Position numbers and translations under genes: made by a program
Source of the DNA: a candidate division WOR-3 bacterium
GTDB taxonomy: Bacteria > Hydrothermota > 32-111
Assembly (NCBI GenBank): GCA_037481815.1
Contig: JBBFKX010000002.1
Span: 64,001 to 128,000, forward strand
Length of the DNA stretch: 64,000 bases
Reading direction: 5' to 3'
In this document: positions 46,552 through 56,646 of the stretch, piece by piece
Numbering within the stretch: position 1 is the first letter of the stretch
How the letters are laid out: every line of letters starts with the position of its first letter
Notes under the pieces: model-generated
The model's input: the letters and a program-made list of their open reading frames with translations, nothing else
What the model was told of the DNA's origin: nothing
The model's database searches: none

Positions 46552-49002
46552 TCACTCCAGAAAATTGATTAAAGAATCAATTCTTGTTTGCAATTTCAAA
46601 AAAGAAAAGTTTTCAAAAACTCTTTTCTTCAAAATCTCAACTAGATCCTTTTTCTCCTTATAAAAAATTATCATAAAAATTAACAGTTCAGTTTTCGTTA
46701 AAATATTCTTACCGGGACTGATACCCGATAATTTTATCAGAAACTTCTCCAGTTTCTCTGTACTAAGTTCCTGTTTATGTTTAACTACCAAATTGATAGT
46801 TAAATTTTCTAACTTATTAATTATATCATTTTTATTTAAATAATCAAGTTTTGTAGAAGGCCAAAGACCTGATAAAATATCAAGTTTTACCTTGTGAAAC
46901 ACTATATGATCGGGGATTTTATCCTTTACCGAAAAGGTTTTAAGGAGTTCATTTAAATAGTATTTAGATTTTTCAAAATCGAAAAGATTAAAATAAAGAT
47001 GTGACAGATTGTTAAGGATCCTTCTTTTCAAACCGATATTCGTCTGTACGAGAGTTCCTGCAAGAAGTGAAGAAAAGATATCAAGAGATGTTGAAAAGTC
47101 ACCGATTTTAGAATATAGAACAGCAAGGTTGAGATATAAACTCTGCAAAGCATTTTCCATATTCGAATATTTAAAAATTTCAAGCGCCCTGTTATAATTT
47201 TCCAAAGAGAGTTCAAAGTTCTCCATATCATCATAGAGTATACCTAAACTCATATAAACTTTACCCAAATCTCCGATAAAATTGTTGTTTCTACAACTTC
47301 TTTTACATCTTTCAAGATAATATTCTGCTGCTTTATAATCCTCAATCATAATGTTGAAGTTTCCTACGAGAAAATCGTAGGTCATCTTTTGTCTGTTATC
47401 AAGATTTTCATAATCAATTCTGTTCATAAAATTTTTGAACTGTTTCAGTTCAAGATTGTTATAGAGAAAACTCAGATAAAACAATTTCTGTGTATTCGAT
47501 TTACACATTTTTGAATTGATCTTTTTCCCTCTTATAAGATCAAGCATTATTTTTATGTTTGTCTTTTCCTCTTCATCTTTAATTTTTTGAGAATAGATCT
47601 CTGCTCCATTTATGTTCCCTTCAGAAATAAAAATTTTAGTCATAATCACAAGTTTTTTTTCATTTTCACTTTTTATTCGCTCGATCATTTTTCTGGAAAG
47701 TATATTGTCTCCATAATAGTATAACTTTTCAGACACTTTCAAAAGATTTTTATCCTCTCCCTTCAAGAGTCCAAATTTTAAATCTTCAAAGGTCTTTAAA
47801 GTTTCAGGACATTTTAATTTCACTCCATATTTTTTTGAAAGATAAAAATACAATGGAGGATACAGATATCTATAGTAACCTTTGATATTCTTCAAAACCA
47901 ACCTGTTTGAAAGATATTCTAAAATTTTCAAATCATTTTTACTTTTTATTTTACCAGAATCAATAACGAGTCCATGCTTTAAAATGTTTTCCAACTTTGA
48001 TTCCAAGTTTTGAGTTAATTCAAAATCATCATTTAAAAATTCATTGAGATCAAAATCAAAAAATTCTTTCTTTTCTTTTATAAATTTTGATACAAGGAAT
48101 CTATTTCCACTTGTAATATCAAAAAGAAAATTCAACAAAAAAATCGATTTCTCTTTCAAAAATAGTTCTAAATTTCTTGATATCTCTTCAAGGTAAAGGT
48201 TCTCTATAGTGAATTCCCTGAAATCTGATTTTTTTAAAATATTTAACACTCTATTCAAATCTTTATTTTCCTCGATGAACAATGGATTATAGAAAAAACA
48301 GACATTTTTTTCTGGTATATTATCAACATATCTATCAAAAACAAAAAAACAAAAGTTTTTATATTCTTTTTCAAGAACATTTTTTAAATATGTTTTCCCA
48401 GATCTGAACCCACCTTTTATTATTACATTTTTCCCTTCATTCAAACATTTCCTTATTTCCCTTTCACATACAAAAGGTATTTTTATTTCTCCGATTCTGT
48501 TCTTTTCAAATACAGTTATGCAGTTTTTTCCTTTTTCTTTTGAAGAGTACAACGCGTTATCAGCATTTTCAAGAACGCTTTCAATATTTTCAACATCACC
48601 TTCTGCTACTCCAAAAGAAAGTGTTATCCTTATCATATTGTTGTTAAAGATTATAGGATTCTTTTCAATTCTTTCTTTGAAGTTTTCAAGAACTTTTATA
48701 AAATCTTCTTTTGTCTTCAAAGAGGATATTAGTATAAACTCATCCCCACCATATCTTATAGGGAAATCTCCCCGTGATGAAAATTCTGTAAGTATTTCTG
48801 AAACTTTTTTGATAACAAAATCTCCCGCCTGATGCCCATAAATATCATTTATACTTTTAAAATCATCTATATCAAATATGGTGAAAACGATTTTATCTGA
48901 AAGGAATTTTTTTAAATTGTTAAAAAATCTTTTATTGAAAATACCCGTTAGATCGTCATAATATACAAGTTCTAATCCCTTTAACTTCTCTTCCACTCCC
49001 AT
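46552..49002 (-). CDS. Diguanylate cyclase (GGDEF) fused to a P-loop NTPase-like region and C-terminal TPR repeats
   Basis: DDLTG, DIDDFKSIND..GHQAGD, RYGGDEF, SFGV, AD.ALY.SK..GKN. Walker A GGFRSGKT. TPRs (YMSLG..Y...A, YLNLA.LY, ILNNLS). Confidence 0.85.
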   Translation of the reverse strand: MGVEEKLKGLELVYYDDLTGIFNKRFFNNLKKFLSDKIVFTIFDIDDFKSINDIYGHQAGDFVIKKVSEILTEFSSRGDFPIRYGGDEFILISSLKTKEDFIKVLENFKERIEKNPIIFNNNMIRITLSFGVAEGDVENIESVLENADNALYSSKEKGKNCITVFEKNRIGEIKIPFVCEREIRKCLNEGKNVIIKGGFRSGKTYLKNVLEKEYKNFCFFVFDRYVDNIPEKNVCFFYNPLFIEENKDLNRVLNILKKSDFREFTIENLYLEEISRNLELFLKEKSIFLLNFLFDITSGNRFLVSKFIKEKKEFFDFDLNEFLNDDFELTQNLESKLENILKHGLVIDSGKIKSKNDLKILEYLSNRLVLKNIKGYYRYLYPPLYFYLSKKYGVKLKCPETLKTFEDLKFGLLKGEDKNLLKVSEKLYYYGDNILSRKMIERIKSENEKKLVIMTKIFISEGNINGAEIYSQKIKDEEEKTNIKIMLDLIRGKKINSKMCKSNTQKLFYLSFLYNNLELKQFKNFMNRIDYENLDNRQKMTYDFLVGNFNIMIEDYKAAEYYLERCKRSCRNNNFIGDLGKVYMSLGILYDDMENFELSLENYNRALEIFKYSNMENALQSLYLNLAVLYSKIGDFSTSLDIFSSLLAGTLVQTNIGLKRRILNNLSHLYFNLFDFEKSKYYLNELLKTFSVKDKIPDHIVFHKVKLDILSGLWPSTKLDYLNKNDIINKLENLTINLVVKHKQELSTEKLEKFLIKLSGISPGKNILTKTELLIFMIIFYKEKKDLVEILKKRVFENFSFLKLQTRIDSLINFLE

Positions 49003-49009
49003 GTATAGT

Positions 49010-49037
49010 ATTATAAAATATTATGAAAAAAAGTCAA
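49010..49037 (-). promoter_or_regulatory. sigma70-like promoter, leaderless
   Basis: TTGACT(49037-49032)-16 bp-TATAAT(49015-49010), 7 nt to ATG 49002, no SD. Confidence 0.7.
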
Positions 49038-49039
49038 TT

Positions 49040-51511
49040 TTAAATCTCTCCCCAGTTTTTGCCCTTTTTTATATTAACTTTTAGTATTCCATCAAAAGGT
49101 TCTATATCGATCATACACTTTTCACATATTTGAGAATACTTTTCAAACATATCCTCTTTCATCTCGAATATCAGTTCATCGTGAACGGTTAATATCAACA
49201 TTATATCGTTTTTACCTTTTATCTTTTGAAACACATTTTTTATTGCTATCTTCATAATATCGGCCGCTGTTCCTTGAATTGGTGTATTTATAGCCATCCT
49301 TTCACCACTCATCTTTACAGTTTTATTCTGGGAAAGTAATTCAGGTATATACCTATATCTTCCAAAATATGTTTTTACATAACCATCTTTTGATGCTTCT
49401 TTGATGGTTTTTTCAATCCATTCTTTTACTCCACTGTACTCCTCAAAATATCTGTTGATAAAAAGTTCTGCCTCTATTTTAGAAATACCCAGTTCCTGAC
49501 TTAAACCGTATGAGGTTTTTCCATAGAGAACAGAAAAATTCACGATCTTGGCTACACTTCTTTTCTTTTCATCTATATTTTTATAATCAACATTAAAAAT
49601 ATATCTTGCAGTTTCATTGTGTATGTCAACTCCTTCCTGAAAGGCTCTGTTTAGATTTTTATCTTTTGAAAGAAACGCAAGTACTCTTAATTCAATCTGG
49701 GAATAATCAAACGAAACGAGTATGTTGTTTCTGTCTCTAACAATAAAACCACTCCTGATTTCCGGAGGAACATTCTGTAAGTTTGGATTCCTCGAAGAAA
49801 ATCTACCGGTTGCTGCGTATGATTGTTCAAAAGTTGTATGAATAATATCACTTCTTTCTGCTAAGGATATTATAGGTAAAACATAACCTTTTAGAAGTTT
49901 TGAAAGTTCTCTGTGTCTAATCAATAGATCAACAACAGGATGTATACCTTTGAGTTGAACAAGAGTTTCATAATCTGTTGAAAATCCTGTCTTACCTTTC
50001 TTAACCGGTTTTAAATTCAATTTCTCAAAGAGTATTTCAGACACCTGCTTTGATGAATTTACATTGAAACCAATTCCTGTAACCTCAAAAATTTTTTTCT
50101 CGATTTTATATATTTCATTTTCTATGTTTTCATTTTCTTTTTTAAAAAAGTTTACATCTACCTTTATTCCATTTTTTTCCATCTCAACGATTGCAGGGAT
50201 AATTGGAATCTCTATATTTTGGTATACCTCATAATTCATATCATTCCTTGAATCATTTATAAATTTATCCTTTATAACCACGAATTTTGAGAGGAGTTCT
50301 TTTTTCGAAAGCCCTTCAAAATTTTTACCATAATATTCCTCAACAACTCTATTTATATTAGTACTTTTCATCTGTGTTTGCCTTAGTGTGTTTATGTCGA
50401 TTATTTCATTTTTACTCTCAAAATCTAAAAACTCAGAGAAATTCTTCAGATTATCAAAAATAAGTACTCGATTTGAAATCTTCAGTAGTTCTTTTAAACC
50501 TTCCTGTTTATTAGATTCAAAGATACCTTTACCTGAACCAAAAAGAATTTTGTCATGATCTTCAAAGATAACTATAGAATCATCTTTTAAAACTTCATCG
50601 ATAAAGAGCAGTTCGTTTATTTTTATATCTTCCTGTTCAACCTTTTCATCAAATGTTTTTAAAAGGGAAAAAATTTCATACTCTTTTAAAATGTTGTTTA
50701 TCTTTTTCGTATCTTTTTCTTTTACTTTCAGATCTTCCACTTCGATATTAAAATCAATATCATCCTTCAACTTTATCAATTCTCTATATTTTTTAAGATT
50801 ATCAATATTTTTTACCAACTTTTCTTTAAGTTTCTCATTTTTTAAGATATCGGGATTTCTGAAAAATTCATCGAGAGAATCTATTTCATGTAAAATCTTT
50901 TCAGCAGTTTTGGGGCCTATTCCCTCTATTCCAGGAACATTGTCTATGTTATCTCCAATAAGAGAAAAATAATCTATGATCTGTTCTTTTTTTATGTTCA
51001 GTTTCTTTTCAATACCCTTTTCGTCAAGTAGAGGGTATTCCCCATTCTCCTTTTTAGGGAACAAAATTTTTACTTTTTCATCAACAAGTTGTCCCATATC
51101 CTTATCACTTGTAACAATATAAATATTTTCAAAACTTTTGTAAAATTTTTTACATAAACTTGCTATCAGATCATCTGATTCAAAACCCTTTAATGACAGG
51201 ACATTAATTCCTAAACTTTTTACAATTTCATATATCACAGGGATCTGAGAGAGCAGCTCATCGGGGGCTTTTTCCCTATCGGCTTTGTATTCGGCATAAA
51301 GATTATGTCTGAATGTTGGTTCCTTCAAATCAATAGTACATGCGATATATTCAATCCTGTTGGAATTTAAAAGATCAAGTAAAAAACTTGTTGTTCCAAA
51401 GATTGCTGAAGTGTTTATTCCCTTTGAGTTTCTCAAAGGGTTTTTCATAAAAGCAAAAAAATTCCTATAGATGATGTTTGTAAGGTCAACAAGAAACAGT
51501 TCTTTTTTCAC
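49040..51511 (-). CDS. polA: DNA polymerase I
   Basis: 5'-3' exonuclease domain (ESDD, SDKD, GIGPKTA), TGRFSS.NPNLQN, DYSQIELR, K.VNF..LYG, VHDE. The middle 3'-5' exo region is short and degenerate. Confidence 0.96.
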   Translation of the reverse strand: MKKELFLVDLTNIIYRNFFAFMKNPLRNSKGINTSAIFGTTSFLLDLLNSNRIEYIACTIDLKEPTFRHNLYAEYKADREKAPDELLSQIPVIYEIVKSLGINVLSLKGFESDDLIASLCKKFYKSFENIYIVTSDKDMGQLVDEKVKILFPKKENGEYPLLDEKGIEKKLNIKKEQIIDYFSLIGDNIDNVPGIEGIGPKTAEKILHEIDSLDEFFRNPDILKNEKLKEKLVKNIDNLKKYRELIKLKDDIDFNIEVEDLKVKEKDTKKINNILKEYEIFSLLKTFDEKVEQEDIKINELLFIDEVLKDDSIVIFEDHDKILFGSGKGIFESNKQEGLKELLKISNRVLIFDNLKNFSEFLDFESKNEIIDINTLRQTQMKSTNINRVVEEYYGKNFEGLSKKELLSKFVVIKDKFINDSRNDMNYEVYQNIEIPIIPAIVEMEKNGIKVDVNFFKKENENIENEIYKIEKKIFEVTGIGFNVNSSKQVSEILFEKLNLKPVKKGKTGFSTDYETLVQLKGIHPVVDLLIRHRELSKLLKGYVLPIISLAERSDIIHTTFEQSYAATGRFSSRNPNLQNVPPEIRSGFIVRDRNNILVSFDYSQIELRVLAFLSKDKNLNRAFQEGVDIHNETARYIFNVDYKNIDEKKRSVAKIVNFSVLYGKTSYGLSQELGISKIEAELFINRYFEEYSGVKEWIEKTIKEASKDGYVKTYFGRYRYIPELLSQNKTVKMSGERMAINTPIQGTAADIMKIAIKNVFQKIKGKNDIMLILTVHDELIFEMKEDMFEKYSQICEKCMIDIEPFDGILKVNIKKGKNWGEI

Positions 51512-52080
51512 CTGTATAACCTTTCATTTATAATTATCTTTAAAACGTTATCAGGAACAAGACCGTTGACTCTAACACCTTCCTTTATAAGTTGTCTTAT
51601 CAACGAAGATGAAATTTGAATTATTGGATTATCTATGATAACAGCATCTTCAAAAAATTTTTTGTCAAAATCTGTTTTATCACAATACCTTCTTGTTATA
51701 ATAAAATTCGCATACCTTTTAAGTTCATCGTACCTGTGCCATTTTATTATGTTGGATGCCTCATCATCACCTATTATCAAAAAAAGTTCATCATCTTTAT
51801 AATCTTCCTTTAACCTTTTTAAAGTATATATTGTGTATGATGGTAATGGAAGTGAACTTTCAATATCTGAGACAACAACCTCCGAAAAGTTTCTGAACGC
51901 TTCTGTTGCCATAGCAAGGCGGATTCCGAAAGGTGTAGAGTACTCTTCTTTTAAAGGTTGTCTATAGGTTGGAATAACGATAATTTTATCAACATACCTT
52001 TTATCTAAAATGTACTGGACAGAAAAAATATGTCCTATATGAATAGGATCAAACCCTCCACCGAAAACACCTATTTTCAT
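51508..52080 (-). CDS. nadD: Nicotinate-nucleotide adenylyltransferase
   Basis: FGGGFDPIHIGH, SYT, IIGDD, WH, ISSSLIR. Confidence 0.93.
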   Translation of the reverse strand: MKIGVFGGGFDPIHIGHIFSVQYILDKRYVDKIIVIPTYRQPLKEEYSTPFGIRLAMATEAFRNFSEVVVSDIESSLPLPSYTIYTLKRLKEDYKDDELFLIIGDDEASNIIKWHRYDELKRYANFIITRRYCDKTDFDKKFFEDAVIIDNPIIQISSSLIRQLIKEGVRVNGLVPDNVLKIIINERLYR

Positions 52081-52829
52081 AGGAATTTTGAGATTTTATC
52101 GATTATTTTTTTACTCTCTTTGAAATATTTGCTATTTTCACTAACTTTTTGTAATATTTCAAGAGATTTTTTATAATTTTTGTTCATAAACAATGCTCTT
52201 CCATAAGAAAAATAGTATCTGTCTTTTAGATCATTTCTAAGATTGTTTACATCAACCAACTCATAGTAGATTTCTGCTGACCTGTATTTTTTTCCTCTAT
52301 AATAAAAATCACCAGTATGTAACTTTTTTTCCTCGATCCGTGAAATTAAAAGATTCAACATGGAGTCGATCTCTTTACTTCTTTCATCATCATAATAACT
52401 CATTAAAAATTCTCTCATAACACCTATTGCTGAAAAGGTTAAACTCTGATCGAACTGATATGGTGGAGCGATTTTAAAATAGGAGATCGATAACTTATAG
52501 AGTGCATCCTTTTTCAGATTATAACTTTTGTAGTTTTTTATAAAATATTCAAATTCAACTATCGATTCGGTATAGGATCTTTTGTTGAAATATGAATCAG
52601 CAAGATAATACTGAGCAAGTTCAGTCTTTTTGTTTGCTGGATATGTGAAAATATATTTTTGAAAAAGATCTATAGATTTATCCCACTTTTTCTGCTCATA
52701 AAAATTAAATGCTCTGTTAAAAAGTTCTTCATCTGAAATATCGAGTTGTGTTAACTTTTCCCTTTTTGCACATGATATTGAGAACACAATTAAAAAAAAT
52801 AAAAATATAACAAAAAGATTTTTTCTCAT
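52077..52829 (-). CDS. bamD: Outer membrane assembly lipoprotein BamD-like
   Basis: Lipobox SISC, TPRs, P.Y.FDQ..T..A...F...Y pattern, FYY...Y.SA..YY. Confidence 0.8.
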   Translation of the reverse strand: MRKNLFVIFLFFLIVFSISCAKREKLTQLDISDEELFNRAFNFYEQKKWDKSIDLFQKYIFTYPANKKTELAQYYLADSYFNKRSYTESIVEFEYFIKNYKSYNLKKDALYKLSISYFKIAPPYQFDQSLTFSAIGVMREFLMSYYDDERSKEIDSMLNLLISRIEEKKLHTGDFYYRGKKYRSAEIYYELVDVNNLRNDLKDRYYFSYGRALFMNKNYKKSLEILQKVSENSKYFKESKKIIDKISKFL

Positions 52830-53737
52830 TTCATATTCCTTCTAAGTATCTCTTTCAACTTTTCGTTCGCTAAATCAAGGTTATCCGATGAACCATAAAC
52901 TTTTACATCTGAATATTCCTTAACTTTGTTGTAATGAAAGATCGCTTTTTCAAAATCGCTCAATTCGAAATATATGTTACCAACATAAAGATGAGCATCA
53001 TCAAGTAATGATAGGGGAACAGGTTTATTGATGAAATCAAGAAACAGATTCAAAGCATCATCATAACTTTTTTTCTCATATTTTTCTTTTGCAATATAAA
53101 ATTTAAGTTCACCAGCGATCACTTTAAAATCCACATCTCCACTTGTTCCTTCAACCGAAAATTCATCCGAAGCTTTTTGAGAAATTAAAAGTGCTGTATC
53201 AAGTTTTTCTTCACTTTTATATATCTCTATCAGCATTTTGTAAACATTTACTTTTTCAGATGATGTTAAAGAGATGTTCAGAGAATTATTCAACATCAGT
53301 TTTGCCTTCTGGAAATCTCCACCATCATAGTAGTATTTCCCAAGATGATAAAAACCTATGTTAATATCATAAGTTGGACTCAGTTCTATTATTTTTAACC
53401 AATATTTCACTGAGTTTGCAGTATAACCTTTCATAAAATCTGTCATCGCAATATTTGAGTATGACTTTAAAATTCTCCCCTTTAAAGATGGATCGGTTTC
53501 AAGAGCAAGCGAGTATAGTGAATCCGCAACAGATAATTTTCTTAAATCTTTGTATGCCTCAGCGAGGTTAAAATAATCCTTGCCTGTTTTTTTACTCTTA
53601 TTTTCAAGTATGTTTATTACTTCGAAATACTTCTTTTCTGATAACATTTTTTCAATTTTATCACTCCCACGGTTTGAACATGATGTTAACAGAGAAGAAA
53701 AAAATAAAGCAAGAATTACAATGTATGGAAATTTCAT
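52826..53737 (-). CDS. TPR lipoprotein
   Basis: Lipobox LTSC, several TPR-like repeats. Confidence 0.75.
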   Translation of the reverse strand: MKFPYIVILALFFSSLLTSCSNRGSDKIEKMLSEKKYFEVINILENKSKKTGKDYFNLAEAYKDLRKLSVADSLYSLALETDPSLKGRILKSYSNIAMTDFMKGYTANSVKYWLKIIELSPTYDINIGFYHLGKYYYDGGDFQKAKLMLNNSLNISLTSSEKVNVYKMLIEIYKSEEKLDTALLISQKASDEFSVEGTSGDVDFKVIAGELKFYIAKEKYEKKSYDDALNLFLDFINKPVPLSLLDDAHLYVGNIYFELSDFEKAIFHYNKVKEYSDVKVYGSSDNLDLANEKLKEILRRNMK

Positions 53738-54556
53738 TTAAAAAGTTACCTTTTCTAAAAATTTTGTTATCAGTTTTTTCAGGTTCTCTTCAGCCCTCTT
53801 TGCATTGTTCACTACATATTCAAAAGATACAGGTTCCATATGATCAGGAAGTCCCATATCTGTTATCACGGAAAAACCTACAACCGGAATATTCATATGT
53901 TTTGCTACCAGTGCTTCTGGAACTGTCGACATTCCAACAGCATCTGCACCAAGTATCCTTATCATTCTGTATTCAGCACCTGTTTCAAGGTTTGGTCCCT
54001 GAATTGCAAGGTATACTCCTTTTCTTAGAGGTATTTTAACTTCAAGTGCTGCTTCCTCAGCGATTTCCTGATATTTTTTAGGATACACTTCATAACCATC
54101 AGGGAATCTTGGACCAAGTTCATCAAGATTTTTTCCTCTTAATGGATTACCAGGTAAAAAGTTTATATGATCAGTAATAAGCATTATTTCGCCTGCTTTG
54201 AAAAGCGGGTTAACACCACCTGCTGCATTTGAAACTATCAGAAGTTTTGCTCCAAGATAGAGCATAACTCTAACTGGAAATGTTATCGTTTGGAAATCAT
54301 AACCTTCGTAATAATGGAATCTGCCAGCCATCGCTATAACCTTTTTTCCAGCCAGTTCACCAAATATAAGTTCACCAGCATGACTTTCAACAGTTGATAT
54401 CGGGAAATCTGGGATATCTTTGTATGAAAGTTTTGCTTTAACATTTATAATTTTCCCGAGTTCAGACATACCTGTGCCAAGGATTATCGCAACTTCAGGA
54501 TTCACAAAACCTTTTTCTTTTAAAAATTCAGATGTCTTTTTTATCTTCTCCATCAT
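53738..54556 (-). CDS. Purine nucleoside phosphorylase (trimeric type)
   Basis: ILGTG, STVESHAG, GRFHYYEG, NAAGG, GPNLET, VGMSTVPE. Start is ATG 54556 or 54553. Confidence 0.95.
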   Translation of the reverse strand: MMEKIKKTSEFLKEKGFVNPEVAIILGTGMSELGKIINVKAKLSYKDIPDFPISTVESHAGELIFGELAGKKVIAMAGRFHYYEGYDFQTITFPVRVMLYLGAKLLIVSNAAGGVNPLFKAGEIMLITDHINFLPGNPLRGKNLDELGPRFPDGYEVYPKKYQEIAEEAALEVKIPLRKGVYLAIQGPNLETGAEYRMIRILGADAVGMSTVPEALVAKHMNIPVVGFSVITDMGLPDHMEPVSFEYVVNNAKRAEENLKKLITKFLEKVTF

Positions 54557-55106
54557 TTTCACCTTCCTTTTTAATTTGACTGAATAATGAACCAAGATTT
54601 ATTATCTTTTCTGGATGTTCTCTTAAGACCTTGTTTATCTCGTTAACTTCTATCTTATGTTCAACAACTTCCTGATCAAGTGTTTTGAAATATGATTCAA
54701 GGATGCCTCTAAACCTTGATAGGAAATTGTTTTTTAAGGTGATCAAACTTTTTATCTCATTTTTAAGATTGTTGAGTTCAGCCCTTGAACTCGCAAGGTA
54801 CGCTTCCGCTTCAAGTTGCGCGTTCTTTTTGATGATTTCTGCCTCTTTCAAAGCGTTTGCCCTGAGTTCAGATGAACTTTTCGTTGCTGATGTTAATGTT
54901 TCCTGTAATGTCTTTTCAAGATTTTTATACCTTTCGAGTTCCTTTGATAGGTTTTCAACCTGTTCTTTTAAACTGTAATTTTCTTTTAAAAGTTCTTCAA
55001 ACTGCTCTGAAACTGTATTCAAAAAGGTTGTTACCTCATGTATATCATAACCTTTCAAAGATTTTTTGAATTCCTGTTTTTTTATCTCCAAAGGAGTTAT
55101 ATCCAT
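54528..55106 (-). CDS. DivIVA domain protein
   Basis: ITPLEIKKQEFKKSLKGYD..EV..FL followed by coiled coil. AGGAGG SD. Confidence 0.92.
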   Translation of the reverse strand: MDITPLEIKKQEFKKSLKGYDIHEVTTFLNTVSEQFEELLKENYSLKEQVENLSKELERYKNLEKTLQETLTSATKSSSELRANALKEAEIIKKNAQLEAEAYLASSRAELNNLKNEIKSLITLKNNFLSRFRGILESYFKTLDQEVVEHKIEVNEINKVLREHPEKIINLGSLFSQIKKEGENDGEDKKDI

Positions 55107-55129
55107 TTTTCCTCCTGATATAAAAAATT

Positions 55130-55157
55130 ATTATATACCTGTAAACAAAAAAATCAA
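55130..55157 (-). promoter_or_regulatory. sigma70-like promoter for the divIVA-pnp-bamD-nadD-polA operon
   Basis: TTGATT-16 bp-TATAAT. Confidence 0.65.
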
Positions 55158-55176
55158 TAATTTAAGGTTTTAAAAT

Positions 55177-56646
55177 TCACATAAAAAATCTGAAACCACA
55201 ATTTATCGACACCCCTTTTGGAGAATACCCTCCACCACCACTCCAGAAATATTGTGTTTTCACATTTAAAAATTTTAATAAGCCAAATGAAAATCCAAAA
55301 CCAAAACACCTTGGTTTAGACATCGATTTGTTAACATTATTTGAAAAATCAAACAATGATATCAGATCACATGAAAATTCAAGTGAAAAAGAGTTAAAAC
55401 CACTTAACATAACAACAGGCAAATATTTCCCAAAAGTTTCTCCCTCTTTTGCAGGTGAAAAGTAGTAACCAATATATACCCCCCCACCATCTTCTAGAAT
55501 TCCAATCCCTCCACCAAAATAGTTTCTCCCAACCGATCTCATATAATCGAGATTTACAAAAAAACCTTCATCTTTTATTCTAAAACCACTACCTGAACTA
55601 TAATCCTGATATGAGTATGAACCAGAAGAGTAACCAGAAACTTCCTCATACTTATTTTTTAAATTTATTGTTTTTTTATCATACTCACCATAGAACTCTT
55701 TTGCATTGATATACGCCTGATAGTAATTCTCCTCTGCCTGTTTGTAATCATATTTTTGTTCGTATGTTAATCCAAGCCAATCGTAAAGATTGATCACATT
55801 TTTTTTTGAATCTAATGATTTATAGTTATCGAGTGATTTTTTAAAATAAACTATCGATGAGTCATAGTTATATTGATCGTAATAAACCCTTCCGATAAGA
55901 TAATAATTGAACGCATTGAATGAATATTCCTGTGGGAATTTTTCACCAATCTGCATTGCTGAAAAAAGATTTTTTTTAGCTTTTTCGTAAGATTTATTGT
56001 AATAGTATGATTCCCCAAGTCGAGAATAATCGTAAGCAAGATATTCAAAATCTTTTCTTGGATCCTTTTGGGAAGTTTTTGATAACATGTTTTTATCAAA
56101 TTCTAAAATTTTCTCAAAATAAACAATCGCACTATCATAGTTATTCACATTGTATAAATAAATCTGACCTATATAAAATAAAACAAACGATATTTTACTA
56201 TTCTGATCGTCAAACTGATAAAAGTATTTTTTCGATTTTTTATAATAATCAAGCGCCTGATAATAATTTTTATCGCTCTCTTCTAAATTCCCAAGATAAT
56301 AGTAATAATGACTGATAAGAAAATTTTTATCATCTTCATACTGTTTTGCCTGATTCAAATATTTTTTTGCTTTTTCATAGTTTCCTTTCTCAAAGTATGA
56401 TGCACCAACATAAAAAAGAGCTCCAAATTTGTAACCTTCTGAATAATAGGTAAATAAATTTTCATCGTTGACAATAGGTTCATCTATTTTGATAATTTCA
56501 TCATAAGATTTTAAATAAAAAAAAGATAAAGAATCAAGTTGTAAACTGGCTTTTTCTAAATCATCTAAATAACCATCTTCTGATGAAGAAAAAATATTAA
56601 GAGATAATAAAATTATGATTATTAAAATAAAATTTTTCATAATCAC
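55177..56646 (-). CDS. Secreted TPR protein with a putative C-terminal beta-barrel
   Basis: Signal peptide, ~6-7 Tyr-rich TPRs, S/G/Y linker, amphipathic beta strands ending GVSINCGFRFFM. Confidence 0.7.
   Translation of the reverse strand: MIMKNFILIIIILLSLNIFSSSEDGYLDDLEKASLQLDSLSFFYLKSYDEIIKIDEPIVNDENLFTYYSEGYKFGALFYVGASYFEKGNYEKAKKYLNQAKQYEDDKNFLISHYYYYLGNLEESDKNYYQALDYYKKSKKYFYQFDDQNSKISFVLFYIGQIYLYNVNNYDSAIVYFEKILEFDKNMLSKTSQKDPRKDFEYLAYDYSRLGESYYYNKSYEKAKKNLFSAMQIGEKFPQEYSFNAFNYYLIGRVYYDQYNYDSSIVYFKKSLDNYKSLDSKKNVINLYDWLGLTYEQKYDYKQAEENYYQAYINAKEFYGEYDKKTINLKNKYEEVSGYSSGSYSYQDYSSGSGFRIKDEGFFVNLDYMRSVGRNYFGGGIGILEDGGGVYIGYYFSPAKEGETFGKYLPVVMLSGFNSFSLEFSCDLISLFDFSNNVNKSMSKPRCFGFGFSFGLLKFLNVKTQYFWSGGGGYSPKGVSINCGFRFFM

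Noticed and set aside
46552..49002. Hypr-type GGDEF making 3',3'-cGAMP
   Set aside because: The specificity position is the canonical Asp (GHQAGD), not Ser.
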